Of a stretch of 64,000 bases of DNA, positions 37,870 to 47,469 are shown in pieces. The position numbers were made by a program, and so were the translations under genes. The notes beneath the pieces are model-generated. The model saw only the letters and a program-made list of their open reading frames with translations. It was not told the origin of the DNA and did not search any database. Positions within the stretch are counted from its first letter, which is position 1; each line of letters opens with the position of its first letter. Source of the DNA: an uncultured delta proteobacterium (GTDB lineage Bacteria; Myxococcota_A; UBA9160; SMWR01); the NCBI GenBank assembly GCA_963832165.1, contig CAWHTE010000002.1, positions 384,001 through 448,000 on the forward strand, written 5' to 3'.

Positions 37870-40155
37870 CTAATCGGCCGCGGCCAGCGCGCTGGCCCAG
37901 CCCGCGATCCCGGTGTCGGGCCACGCGGTGCGGACGCCGAGCAGGTCGGCGAGCACGCGCGAGACGCCGCGCAGCGACGGGTGTCCGGGCGCGCGGCCCA
38001 TCGGAACCCCCGCGCCCGTGGCGACGAACAGCGCAGGGCGGTCGTGCTCCATCGCGGTGCGGATGCCGTGGTCGCTCATCACGATCAGCACGTCGTCGGC
38101 GTCGAGGGACGCGTGCAGTGCGCCGATCCGCTCGTCGATGTAGCGGTAGACGTCGAAGAGCAGGCCCTGGCCGTCGTCCTGGCCGTCGCGCACCGCCTCG
38201 GCGAAGTGCGCGTGGGTGAGGATGTCGAGCGGCTCGATCCGGACTGCGATCAGATCCACGGCGCCCTCGCGCAGCAGCGCGTCGGTGGCGTCGAGCTCGG
38301 ACGCGATCGTCTGCAGGTAGTGGACGTCCATCGGATCGCTCGCGCTCGCGAGGCCCGGGAAGCGCTTGCGCTCCCCCGCGTCGAGCTCGCGCCGCGTGCG
38401 GCCGAGCGAGAGCCGGCGCGTGGCGCCGTGCGGCCCCGTGACCTCGCCATGCCGGCCCGCGCGCACGCCGCCGTGCGCGAGCAGGAGGTTCGCGGCGCTG
38501 CGCTCGCCCGCGCCGACGGCAGCGAACAGGTCCTGCGACTCGGGCAGCACCCACGAGAGCGCCTCGAACGGATTGCTCCCGACCGACTCGAGCCCCGCGA
38601 GCTCGACGCCGAAGCGGTAGAACGCTCCCGCGATCGACGTGTCCGTGCGCCGGTCGGGCCACACGAGCGCCTCGAGCGCCGCGGCCGTGAGCGGCGGATC
38701 GCTGTCGAGCACCGCGCGATAGCCCGAGCGCAGCAGCGCGTCGAGCACGGGCAGGTCGCCGCGCGCGCGCAGGTACTGGCTGATCGCCCAATCGCCGCAG
38801 TCGAGCAGGACCATCGCCACGCGCCGGCGTCCGTCGGCGGACGAGCGCTCGAGCGCGGGGGAGGGTGCGGGTAGCGCAACGCGCGCTGCGGGCCGGATCT
38901 CGATCTTGCGCAGCTCGCCGCCGCTCACGGCGACCGTGCCCGACGCGGCGATGCGGCCGTCGCGCGCGCGCAGCACCCAGCGCTGCGGCGCGATCCCGGC
39001 GCTGCGCTCGACGATCACGGGTCGGGCGCGGTGCTCGATCGGAAACGACTCGTACTCCGCGTCGGGCGCCGCGCCCGCATCGCGCGTGATCCAGAGCGTG
39101 CCCGCGGGCGCGTCCGGCGTGAGGCGGAAGCGCAGCCGTCCCTTCCGGGCAGCCGATGGATTGCGCGCGAGCTCGCGGCCTTGCCGCGCGCGCAAGAGCT
39201 CTTCGCGCCGGATTCCCTCGAGCGCGAAACGCTCGTGCAGCGCGTCGTAGGTGGCGATCGCGCCGTCGGTGCGTCCCGCATTCACGAGCGTGAAGATCAG
39301 CCGGATCCCGACCGACTCCTCGAGCTTCTCGTCGCCGAGCGCCGCCGCGTCGCGCAGCGCGCCGCGAAGCGCACTGAGAGCGTCGAGCTCCGGATCGACG
39401 AGGCCGCTCACGCTGAGGGCGAGCGCATAGCGCGCGCGCACCTCTTCGGGTCGCCCGCCCGCGTTCTGCCAGCGCTGATAGGTCGCGCGCGCCGCGCCGA
39501 GGTCGTCGTTCATCGCGTGGGCGATGCCGAGCGTGTCGAACCAGAGCGAGCGCACATTTTCGGCGCCCGACGGCAGCTCGTCGCCGAGCGCGCGCAGCGC
39601 TGCGGGCGCGTCGCCGCGCAGTAGATGGCGCTGCGCGAGCGCGGTGCGCTCGAGCGCGGCCGCCTCGCCGCGCGCGGGAATCCGCAGCGCGAGGTCCTTC
39701 AGCACGAGCTCTTCGGGCTCGACCGCGGAACGCGCCTCGAGCTCGAGTCGGAACAGCCCGGGGTCGTCTGGATGCGCGCGGCCCGCCGCGCGCGCGAGCG
39801 CGGCGGCCTCGTCGCTGCGTCCCTGCGCGCTGCGCTCGCGCACGAGCAGCGCCGCGAGCGCGGGCTCGGGCGTCCACGCGTCCGGGTCGGATGCGAGCGG
39901 GTCGAGCAGGGCGACGCAGCCCGGGGTATCGCCGCTCGCGATCAGCGCGTGGCAGCGGCACTCGGCTGCGGCGCGGCCGGTCGCGCTCGGCCCCGCGAGA
40001 CCTTCGGTGGCGGCGAGCGCGTGCGAGATGTCGCCCGCGGCCGCGGCCTCGCATGCGCCGATCACGGCGAGCTGGTCGCGCGCGCGCGCGAACGAGATCA
40101 CGCCGATCGCGCCCGCGAGGAAGCTCGCGGAGAATACGAGTGCCGCGCGCTTCAC
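37870..40155 (-). CDS. Exported TPR-like protein with C-terminal alkaline phosphatase / nucleotide pyrophosphatase-family domain
   Basis: N-terminal signal or anchor; LLDCGDW, PPLT, DILTH, VMSDHG; GTGA overlap with the upstream lipoprotein. Confidence 0.72.
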   Translation of the reverse strand: MKRAALVFSASFLAGAIGVISFARARDQLAVIGACEAAAAGDISHALAATEGLAGPSATGRAAAECRCHALIASGDTPGCVALLDPLASDPDAWTPEPALAALLVRERSAQGRSDEAAALARAAGRAHPDDPGLFRLELEARSAVEPEELVLKDLALRIPARGEAAALERTALAQRHLLRGDAPAALRALGDELPSGAENVRSLWFDTLGIAHAMNDDLGAARATYQRWQNAGGRPEEVRARYALALSVSGLVDPELDALSALRGALRDAAALGDEKLEESVGIRLIFTLVNAGRTDGAIATYDALHERFALEGIRREELLRARQGRELARNPSAARKGRLRFRLTPDAPAGTLWITRDAGAAPDAEYESFPIEHRARPVIVERSAGIAPQRWVLRARDGRIAASGTVAVSGGELRKIEIRPAARVALPAPSPALERSSADGRRRVAMVLLDCGDWAISQYLRARGDLPVLDALLRSGYRAVLDSDPPLTAAALEALVWPDRRTDTSIAGAFYRFGVELAGLESVGSNPFEALSWVLPESQDLFAAVGAGERSAANLLLAHGGVRAGRHGEVTGPHGATRRLSLGRTRRELDAGERKRFPGLASASDPMDVHYLQTIASELDATDALLREGAVDLIAVRIEPLDILTHAHFAEAVRDGQDDGQGLLFDVYRYIDERIGALHASLDADDVLIVMSDHGIRTAMEHDRPALFVATGAGVPMGRAPGHPSLRGVSRVLADLLGVRTAWPDTGIAGWASALAAAD

Positions 40156-41258
40156 GACGCAGACCCCGGCCGCGGGACCAGCGTCACGCGCAGTACGAGC
40201 GCGCCGCGGTCCTCGCCGCCCGTGGCGAGCACGCGGCTCCACGGCCAGTGCAGCGGCCGCTGCGAGCCCGGGAACGCGCGCGCGAGCAGGTCGTCGGCGC
40301 GCTGGATGGCCGCGAGGTCGAGGTCGAACCGCGCGGGCGCATCGGGCGCACCCAGCGTCGGGGCCGCGAGCGCGCGCTTCAGGCTCGTGGGGTTCCAGCC
40401 CACGACCAGCGTGTCCTTCGTCGCGACATAACACGGCGCGAGGTCGGGCAGCACGTTCAGGTCGAGCAGGCACGCGCCATCGCCCGCTTCGAGCTGAAGC
40501 GGGCTCCGATGCACGGGCCAGGTCTCTTGTAGATCGGCGATGAAGCGCTCGATCGCGCTCACGGCAGCGCTGCGCATCGAGAAGCCCAGTGCGAGCGCGA
40601 TGCCGGGCATCGCGTCCGCGCGCTCGGGCAGATACACCGCGCCCTCCCAGGTGCCATCGAGCACGGCGCTCGCGAAGATCCCGCTCTTGAGGCGGAACAG
40701 GCGATCCGCCTGGCTGCCGTCGGGTACGAGCGCGGCGAGGTCGAGGCCCGCGCGCGGGCGCACGCGCAGCTGCACGAGGCGCCCCGTGCTCGCGAGGCGA
40801 TCGGGCCCAACCGGGAGCGCGCCTGGCACGAACAGACTCAGCGCGCCGTCGTCGGGAGGGTCGGGCCAGCGCAGATCGATCGCGAGCGCACCGTTCTCCC
40901 TGCGCAGTGCGCCGCGCACCACGTGGCCGCTGGCCGGCAGCGCGAACACGAGCTCGCTGTCCGATTCGCGGCGGATCCGCTCGAGCGCGTCGCCATCGGC
41001 GAGACAGCGCACTTCTCCGCCGAGCGCCGCGATGTCGCCATCGGGCGCATGAACGCCAACGCTCTCGCAGTCGGGCAGCGCCGCGGCGAGCTCGCTCGCA
41101 CGGCGCGCGAGCGGGGTGCCCTCGAGCTGAGCGAGCTGTCCGAGCACTTCGCGCACCGCAGCAGCGTTTCCGGCCCACCAGGCGCCGGGCAGTTCGGTCG
41201 AAGCCGGGCTTCCGCAGCCCGCGAAGAGCGCCGCGAGCAGAGCCATCCGCGCGCGCAC
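40152..41258 (-). CDS. Hypothetical lipoprotein (start 41258 or 41246)
   Basis: Lipobox FAGC after a hydrophobic run; long coding-like ORF; ATG 41309 lies inside the promoter -10. Confidence 0.7.
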   Translation of the reverse strand: MRARMALLAALFAGCGSPASTELPGAWWAGNAAAVREVLGQLAQLEGTPLARRASELAAALPDCESVGVHAPDGDIAALGGEVRCLADGDALERIRRESDSELVFALPASGHVVRGALRRENGALAIDLRWPDPPDDGALSLFVPGALPVGPDRLASTGRLVQLRVRPRAGLDLAALVPDGSQADRLFRLKSGIFASAVLDGTWEGAVYLPERADAMPGIALALGFSMRSAAVSAIERFIADLQETWPVHRSPLQLEAGDGACLLDLNVLPDLAPCYVATKDTLVVGWNPTSLKRALAAPTLGAPDAPARFDLDLAAIQRADDLLARAFPGSQRPLHWPWSRVLATGGEDRGALVLRVTLVPRPGSAS

Positions 41259-41305
41259 GGCGCGCCGCGCACTCCGGTGCGAGGCAATTCGACCCACGCC
41301 GGGAC

Positions 41306-41333
41306 TCATCGGCCTTGTTCGCGCGCGCCTTTA
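41306..41333 (-). promoter_or_regulatory. Sigma28-like promoter P2
   Basis: TAAAG-N15-GCCGATGA. Confidence 0.75.
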
Positions 41334-41354
41334 GCGGCCCTCGTTGCGCGCGAA

Positions 41355-41382
41355 TTCAGTGCCGGCGCGGCCGCGCCGATAA
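41355..41382 (+). promoter_or_regulatory. Sigma28-like promoter P3
   Basis: TTCAG-N15-GCCGATAA, 17 nt before ATG 41400. Confidence 0.75.
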
Positions 41383-41399
41383 CGGGATCGGGGGAGCCG

Positions 41400-42239
41400 A
41401 TGCAGGATCGCGAGCAGTGGATGCGCGCGGGCGCGCAGGGTCCCAAGCCCGACCGCAAGCCGGAACGCGGCGCGCGACCGACCCGCCGCGGCGCGCGCCG
41501 GCTGCTCGGGATGCGCGTCGACGTCGCCGACTACCTCGAGGCGATCGAGATGATCCTCGCGATGGCGGAGTCGGGCGGCGGCATGACCTGCTGCGCCACG
41601 GTGCACATGGTGATGGAGGCGTGGGACGATCCGAGCTTCCGCGCGATCGTGAACGACTCCGAGCTCGTGACCTCCGATGGCATGCCGCTGGTCTGGTCGC
41701 TGCGCGCACTCGGCGCGGACGCCGCGCGCGTGTACGGGCCGACGCTCACGCCGCTCGTATGCGAGGAGGCCGCGCGTCGCGGAGTGCCGGTTGGCTTCTA
41801 CGGCGGCAGCCCCGAGGTGATGACCGCGCTCACGCAACGCCTCGCACAGCGCTGGCCCGGGCTCCAGATCGCGTTCGCCCACAGCCCGCCCATGAGTGAC
41901 GAGGCAGCGAGCTTCGATGAGGAGATCGCCGCCGCGATCGAGGATTCGGGCGCGCGCGTGCTGTTCGTGGGGCTCGGCTGTCCGAAGCAGGAGCGCTGGA
42001 TGTCCGCCTATCGCGAACACCTCTCGTGCGCGCTCGTGGGCGTCGGCGCGGCGTTCGATTTCGTCGCGGGCACGAAGGCCCAGGCGCCCGCGTGGATCCA
42101 GCGGTCGGGGCTCGAGTGGCTGTTCCGGCTCGCGTGCGAGCCGCGCCGGCTCTGGCGCCGCTACGCGCACAACAATCCGCGCTTCGTGCTGCACATGGCG
42201 CTCCAGCTCGCGCGCGAGCGCGGTCGCACAGCAGGCTAG
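41400..42239 (+). CDS. WecB/TagA/CpsF family glycosyltransferase (GT26)
   Basis: SDGMPLVW, RVYGP, VGLGCPKQE.W, GVGAAFDF, GLEWLFRL..EPRRLWRRY. Confidence 0.93.
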   Translation: MQDREQWMRAGAQGPKPDRKPERGARPTRRGARRLLGMRVDVADYLEAIEMILAMAESGGGMTCCATVHMVMEAWDDPSFRAIVNDSELVTSDGMPLVWSLRALGADAARVYGPTLTPLVCEEAARRGVPVGFYGGSPEVMTALTQRLAQRWPGLQIAFAHSPPMSDEAASFDEEIAAAIEDSGARVLFVGLGCPKQERWMSAYREHLSCALVGVGAAFDFVAGTKAQAPAWIQRSGLEWLFRLACEPRRLWRRYAHNNPRFVLHMALQLARERGRTAG

Positions 42240-43141
42240 TCGCCGCGCAACAGCTCGAGCGCACAGCCCAGCGCGCGCTCGCGCTCGCGCCGCGCGAGCG
42301 GATCGCGCCCGCGCACGCTCCACAACGCGGCGCGCGCGAGCTCGGTCGCCGCTCGGCGCACGCGCTCGAGCGCGTTCGCGGGCGGATCGAGGCGCGCGAG
42401 CGAGCGGCCGAGGCCGCGATACCAGCGCAGGTACGCCGCGAGCGAGGCGCGCTCGGCGTCGACGTGGTGATCGATCACGGCGTCGGGCAGGTAGAGAATG
42501 CGCCCGGTCCGGCGCTGGAGACGGCGGAGCAGCTCGGTCTCCTCGCCCGGGATCATGCGCGTACCCCAGCCGAGGTCGGTGCGGAAGCCGCCCGCCTCGA
42601 GCGCCGGCGCGCGCACGACGCCGAGATTGCCACCGAACGGCAGCGCGGGGCCGCCCGCGCCGCACTCCTGTGGCTCGGGTCCGAAGTCGTAGCGGCCGGT
42701 CGGGCCGCCCAGCTCGCTCTCGAGAAATGCGCGCCAGGGCTCGGACAGGCCATCCGGCAGCACGGGAACGATCGGCCCGCCCGTGGCGAGCACGTCGGGC
42801 GCAACGAGCCCGCGCGCGTGCGCATCGACCCAGCCCGCGCGGCAGGTGGCGTCGTCGTCGAGGTAGACGACCGCGCGCGCGGCTGCGACGGCGAGCGCGC
42901 AGTTGCGCGCGGCGGAGAGCCCGCGCACGGGCTCGCTCGCGACCGCGAGCGGCACGGGGAAATCGCGCGCGATCGCGGAGACGGCTGCGCGCGTGTCGTC
43001 CTCGCTCGCATTCTCGACCACGAGCACGTCCCACCGGACGGCTGCCCGCTGTGCCGCGAGACTCGCGAGCGCGCGCAGCAGCACGTCGCGCCGGTTGCGC
43101 GTGCAGATCGCGACGGTCAGCGCGGGCTCGGACTCCGCCAT
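42236..43141 (-). CDS. Glycosyltransferase family 2
   Basis: VAICTRNR, GLSAARN, YLDDD, GEETEL; GGAGG RBS. Confidence 0.9.
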   Translation of the reverse strand: MAESEPALTVAICTRNRRDVLLRALASLAAQRAAVRWDVLVVENASEDDTRAAVSAIARDFPVPLAVASEPVRGLSAARNCALAVAAARAVVYLDDDATCRAGWVDAHARGLVAPDVLATGGPIVPVLPDGLSEPWRAFLESELGGPTGRYDFGPEPQECGAGGPALPFGGNLGVVRAPALEAGGFRTDLGWGTRMIPGEETELLRRLQRRTGRILYLPDAVIDHHVDAERASLAAYLRWYRGLGRSLARLDPPANALERVRRAATELARAALWSVRGRDPLARRERERALGCALELLRGD

Positions 43142-43175
43142 CGCACCTCCCGTCGGGCTTCGCCAGCAGGTAACC

Positions 43176-43203
43176 GGGTCGGCGAAGCCCCTCATTTCCT
43201 TGA
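43176..43203 (-). promoter_or_regulatory. Sigma28-like promoter P4
   Basis: TCAAG-N15-GCCGACCC, 34 nt before ATG 43141. Confidence 0.65.
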
Positions 43204-43216
43204 GTGATCGCGTGGC

Positions 43217-43244
43217 TCAGGCCCGGGACCGCTTCCGCCGATGA
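43217..43244 (+). promoter_or_regulatory. Sigma28-like promoter P5
   Basis: TCAGG-N15-GCCGATGA, 10 nt before ATG 43255. Confidence 0.7.
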
Positions 43245-43254
43245 GAGAGTGCCG

Positions 43255-44970
43255 ATGGCGACCTCCGATCACCCCGCACCCGCTGTGGACACCGCCGCGG
43301 ACGCGGAGCGCCCGCTCGTGGCACCCCGGCGCTGGCGCGGACTGCGCATCGCCGCAGTGCTCGCGGAGTCGGTCGCGGGCGAGCGCGCGTGGATCGAGCG
43401 CATCTGCGCGGGCCGCTTCCCGCTCCACTTCGCGGAGCGCGGTGCGGAGCGCGTGCGGACATTCGTGAACAGCGACGTCGTGCTGGCGCCCGCGCGCGGG
43501 GCAAGCTCGGATCCCGCGCTGCGCGAGGCGCTCGCGAGCGGTTGCTTCCCGGTGCTCTGCGACGGCGATGCAGCGCAAACCGGGATCGTGTCCGGCGTGA
43601 ACGGTCTCGTGGTCGAGCCCACGCCGGAGGCGTTCGCGCGCGCGCTCCAGTGGTGCGCGACTCACGTCGGCGACGTGCGGCGCGCGGGTCGGCTCAACGC
43701 GCGGCTCGCCGCGGGCGATCCCGCAGCGCGCGAGGCGCTCGCACGCGGCGTTCTGCCCGCGCGCTTCGCGTTCGTGACGCCCGAGTACGCCACCGAGCGC
43801 GACACGCAGGGCGGTGGGCTCGCGAGCTACGTGCGCAGCACCGCGCGCGCGCTCGCGGAGCACGGCCACGAGGCCGAGGTGTTCACGATCGGGCGCACCG
43901 ACGGCGTCGAAGACGACGCGGGCACACGGGTGCACCGCGTGCGCGAGGCGATCTCGCGGCGTTGGGTGCGCGCGCTGTTGCGGATGTGCCGGTATCTCTC
44001 GCTCCGACGCGCGGCGCTGCCGCTGATCGCCGCGGTCGACGCGTTCTTCCTCGCGCGCGCACTCGCGCAGCGCGAGCGCAGCGTCGAGTTCGACGCGGTG
44101 CAGAGCGCCGATTTCCGCGCGACCGGCTTGTTCGTGCGCGGCCGCACGCGCTGCGATCGGCCGCATCTCGTGCGCGCGAGCACGGACGACGCGACGCTCG
44201 CGGCGCACAACGGCGAGAGCACGGTCGACCGCGCATGGCTCGATGCGCTCCAGCGCCGCTGTCTGCGCCGCGCCGACGTCTCCTACGCACCGAGCCGCTT
44301 CCTCTCGCGCCACTTCGCGCAGCGCTGGGGTCTCCCGCTGCGCGTCGCGCGTCCACCCGCGCCGCGCCTGTGCGCGCGCGAGCCGTCGCGCGAGCACGCG
44401 TTGCCGAAGCGCTACTTCATCCACTTCGGCCAGCTCACGCCCGGCAAGGGCAGCGGCGATCTCGCGGCGGCGTTGCCGCTGGTCTGGGAGCAGGCGCCCG
44501 ACTTCGAGATGGTGTGGGCGGGCATCGATCGCGGCCAGCGCCTCTCGGGCTGGCGGTCGCTCTGGGGCGCGCGCCGCAACCAGGTGCTCTGGCTCGGCGC
44601 GCTGCCGCGCCCCGATCTGCACGCGATCCTCGCGCGCGCCGATGCGGCGGTGCTGCCCACGCGCTTCGACAACCTGCCCAACACCGTGATCGAGTGCCTC
44701 GCGCTCGGCGTGCCCGTGATCGGCACGAGTGGCGCGAGCATCGAAGAGCTCGTGACACCGGGCCGCGACGGAGAGCTGGTGCCGATCGGCGATCCCGCGG
44801 CGCTCGCCGCGGCGATCACGGCGCGCTGGCTCGCGCCCGGTCCGCACGAGTGCACCGCGCGCCTGCCCAGTTCGCTCGACCCGGGCGCGGCCGTCGATGC
44901 GTTGCTCGCGCTCGCGGGCCTGCGCGACGGGCCGGTGGAACGGGATGGCGGATTACGGGCTTCGCCCTAA
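43255..44970 (+). CDS. Glycosyltransferase family 4 with an extra N-terminal half-domain
   Basis: FVTPEY, GGLASYV, FGQL..GKG, DNLPNTVIECLALGVPVIGT. Confidence 0.85.
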   Translation: MATSDHPAPAVDTAADAERPLVAPRRWRGLRIAAVLAESVAGERAWIERICAGRFPLHFAERGAERVRTFVNSDVVLAPARGASSDPALREALASGCFPVLCDGDAAQTGIVSGVNGLVVEPTPEAFARALQWCATHVGDVRRAGRLNARLAAGDPAAREALARGVLPARFAFVTPEYATERDTQGGGLASYVRSTARALAEHGHEAEVFTIGRTDGVEDDAGTRVHRVREAISRRWVRALLRMCRYLSLRRAALPLIAAVDAFFLARALAQRERSVEFDAVQSADFRATGLFVRGRTRCDRPHLVRASTDDATLAAHNGESTVDRAWLDALQRRCLRRADVSYAPSRFLSRHFAQRWGLPLRVARPPAPRLCAREPSREHALPKRYFIHFGQLTPGKGSGDLAAALPLVWEQAPDFEMVWAGIDRGQRLSGWRSLWGARRNQVLWLGALPRPDLHAILARADAAVLPTRFDNLPNTVIECLALGVPVIGTSGASIEELVTPGRDGELVPIGDPAALAAAITARWLAPGPHECTARLPSSLDPGAAVDALLALAGLRDGPVERDGGLRASP

Positions 44971-45027
44971 TCCGCCCTACGAAGAGGTCTTGTAGGGCGG
45001 ATTAGCCCGAAGGGCGTAATCCGCCAT
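44945..45027. repeat. Inverted doublet of 36-nt GTAG-family REP elements between convergent genes
   Basis: GTAGGGCGGATTAG-ccc GAA ggg-CGTAATCCGCCAT at 44992-45027 and an inverted copy at 44945-44980, 11-nt spacer. Confidence 0.88.
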
Positions 45028-45923
45028 TACACCCGGCCGAGCAGTCCGCGCGCGCGGCCTGCGCCGTAGCTCGCGATCTGCAGGCCCTGCGCACGCCGCG
45101 CAAGGCCGAACGCGCCGAGCGCGCGCGCTGTGCCGAGCGCCATGCCGCGCAGCGCCACGAACAGGACGCCGCCGGCCACGCCGCGCGCCGCGTGCGCGCG
45201 ATCGACGCGCGTGTGCGCCGAGCCCGCGCGCCACGCGCGCGTGAGGATCCAGCGCAGCGTCGCGCGCTGTGGCGGAACGACGTCGTACACGATCGCGGCG
45301 TCCGCCCATGCGATCGCGCGGCCCGACGCCGCGAGGCGCTCGAACAGCTCGATGTCCTCGCCGAGCGGCACGAAGCGTTCGTCGAAGCGCGCGCGCGTCT
45401 CGAGCAGGCAGCGCGTGCGCACGAGCGCGTTGTTCGTGGAGGCGCTGCCGACGCGCGCGCCGTCGGCGTGGCGCGGCGAGGCGAAGAAGCCGCCCTCCGC
45501 GATCCAGCGCGCGGGCGCCGCGGCAAAGCGCGGCACCACGGGCCCGGTCACGACGTCGGCGCCCGTGCGCTCGGCGACCGCGAGAAGCGCGTCGAGCCAG
45601 CCCGGCGTGGGAAGCTCGTCGTCGTCGATGAACGCGATCCAGCGTGCGCGCTCGAGCGCCGCTGCGAGCGCCGCGTTGCGCGCGTGCGGGATTCCGCGGC
45701 GCGGCTCGACGCGGTAGTCGATCGGAAGAGAGAGCTCCGCGCGCGCCCGCTCCGCCACCGCGCGCGCGGACGCCTCGGCGTCGTTGTCCACGATCACGAC
45801 CGCGAGACTCGGCGCGGGTCCAGCGAAGGTCTGCTCCGCGATCGCGCGCAGCAGCGCGGCGAGCCCGTCCGGGCGGCGGAAGCTCGCGATGCAGATCGCG
45901 ACGTCGACGGGACCCATCGCCAT
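45027..45923 (-). CDS. Glycosyltransferase family 2 (ExoM-like)
   Basis: ICIASFRRP, IVDND, GIPHARN, FIDDDE, TNNAL, GED. Confidence 0.9.
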   Translation of the reverse strand: MAMGPVDVAICIASFRRPDGLAALLRAIAEQTFAGPAPSLAVVIVDNDAEASARAVAERARAELSLPIDYRVEPRRGIPHARNAALAAALERARWIAFIDDDELPTPGWLDALLAVAERTGADVVTGPVVPRFAAAPARWIAEGGFFASPRHADGARVGSASTNNALVRTRCLLETRARFDERFVPLGEDIELFERLAASGRAIAWADAAIVYDVVPPQRATLRWILTRAWRAGSAHTRVDRAHAARGVAGGVLFVALRGMALGTARALGAFGLARRAQGLQIASYGAGRARGLLGRV

Positions 45924-45941
45924 CTCCCTTCCAAGCCTCCT

Positions 45942-45969
45942 GAATCGGATGCGCGCACGCGCGGCTGAA
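45942..45969 (-). promoter_or_regulatory. Sigma28-like promoter P6
   Basis: TTCAG-N15-TCCGATTC, 18 nt before ATG 45923. Confidence 0.55.
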
Positions 45970-46036
45970 GGCCCGCGGGTGAACCGGTGTGGCCGCTTTT
46001 CCCCGCACGGACGGGCGCCTCGGGGCGCCGCCTGCC

Positions 46037-46064
46037 TCAAGCCGAAGCGCCAAGTAGCCGATTT
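46037..46064 (+). promoter_or_regulatory. Sigma28-like promoter P7
   Basis: TCAAG-N15-GCCGATTT, 31 nt before ATG 46096. Confidence 0.72.
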
Positions 46065-46095
46065 CAAAGGCGCGGGAGGTCGCGCGCACAGGGCC

Positions 46096-47469
46096 ATGAA
46101 GCTGTCTACGTTGCGCGCCGTTCACGTCGCCACCGATGCGCTGCTCGTGTCGCTCGGATGGCTCGCCGCGTACGGCGTCCGCTATGCGATGGCGGAGCCG
46201 ATCGGCCGCGCGATCAATCCGCTCGACTGGTATCTGCGCGCGCTGCCGATCGTCGTGGTGCCCTGGATCGCGACCTGCTGGTGGTTCGGGATCTACCGAA
46301 GCCGACGCACGCACACTGCGGTCGACGAGCTCTCGAAGCTCATGCGCGGCGCGATGCTGGGCCTGCTCGTGCTCTCCGCGGTCGGCTTCTTCTTCAAGGA
46401 GCTCGAGTTCGGGCGCCTGGTCGTGCTCGCGAGCGCGGGCCTGAACCTCGTGTTCCAGGGCGCCAGCCGGATGGTCTTCCATCGGCTCGAGCGGAATCTG
46501 CGGCGCTCGGGCAGCTCCGACATGCGCGTGCTGATCGTGGGCACGGGCGTACCCGCGATCCGTCTGCTCCAGAAGCTCCAGGACCACCCCGAAGACGGCT
46601 ATCGCGTCGTGGGCCTGCTCGACGATGCGCTCGAGCCGCCCGAGAAGGACGTGGCGGGAATCCCCGTCCTGGGCCACATCGACGACCTGCGCGCGATCGC
46701 GACCTTGCACGAGGTGGAGGAGATCTTCATCGCGCTGCCGTCGCTCTCCCACGCGCACATGCTCGCGCTCGTGCTCGAATGCGAGGACCTCGGGATCACG
46801 TTCCGCGTCGTGACGAATCTGTTCGAGGTGCTCACCGCGGGCACGCAGCTCGACCTGATCGACGACCTGCCGCTCGTGCGGCTCGGACTCGAGCGCGTAC
46901 ACCCGCTCTACGAGCCGTGCAAGCGCGTATTCGATCTGGCCTGCGCGATCACCGGGCTCGTCGTTGCGGCGCCGCTCCTGGCCTGGGTGGCGTTGCGGCT
47001 GCGACAGAGCGGTGTGTCGCCGTGGTTCGTGCACGAGCGGATCGGCCGCGACGGCCGGCCGTTCCGGCTGATCAAGCTGCGCACGCTGCGCGACGACGTC
47101 GGCCCCTACGAGGAAGCTCCGCGCGGCGCCGACGATGCGCGCGTCACTCCGTACGGGGCCTGGCTGCGCGCCACGAGCATCGACGAGCTTCCGCAGCTCT
47201 GGAACGTGTTGCGCGGCGAGATGTCGATCGTGGGGCCGCGCCCCGAGATGCCGTTCGTGGTGGAGCGCTACGACGAGTGGCAGCGCCGCCGCCTCGGGGT
47301 GAAGCCCGGAATCACGGGACTCTGGCAGATCCTCGGCCGCAAGGATCTGCCCATGCACGAGAATCTCCAGTACGACTTCTATTACATCCGCAACCGATCG
47401 CTCGCGCTCGACGCGTCGATCCTGTTGCGCACAGCGGGCGCGGTGTGGTCGCGCCGGGGGGCGTTCTAA
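46096..47469 (+). CDS. Priming polyprenyl-phosphate sugar phosphotransferase (WcaJ/WbaP-like)
   Basis: Four N-terminal TM helices, [45 protein letters not shown]. Confidence 0.93.
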   Translation: MKLSTLRAVHVATDALLVSLGWLAAYGVRYAMAEPIGRAINPLDWYLRALPIVVVPWIATCWWFGIYRSRRTHTAVDELSKLMRGAMLGLLVLSAVGFFFKELEFGRLVVLASAGLNLVFQGASRMVFHRLERNLRRSGSSDMRVLIVGTGVPAIRLLQKLQDHPEDGYRVVGLLDDALEPPEKDVAGIPVLGHIDDLRAIATLHEVEEIFIALPSLSHAHMLALVLECEDLGITFRVVTNLFEVLTAGTQLDLIDDLPLVRLGLERVHPLYEPCKRVFDLACAITGLVVAAPLLAWVALRLRQSGVSPWFVHERIGRDGRPFRLIKLRTLRDDVGPYEEAPRGADDARVTPYGAWLRATSIDELPQLWNVLRGEMSIVGPRPEMPFVVERYDEWQRRRLGVKPGITGLWQILGRKDLPMHENLQYDFYYIRNRSLALDASILLRTAGAVWSRRGAF

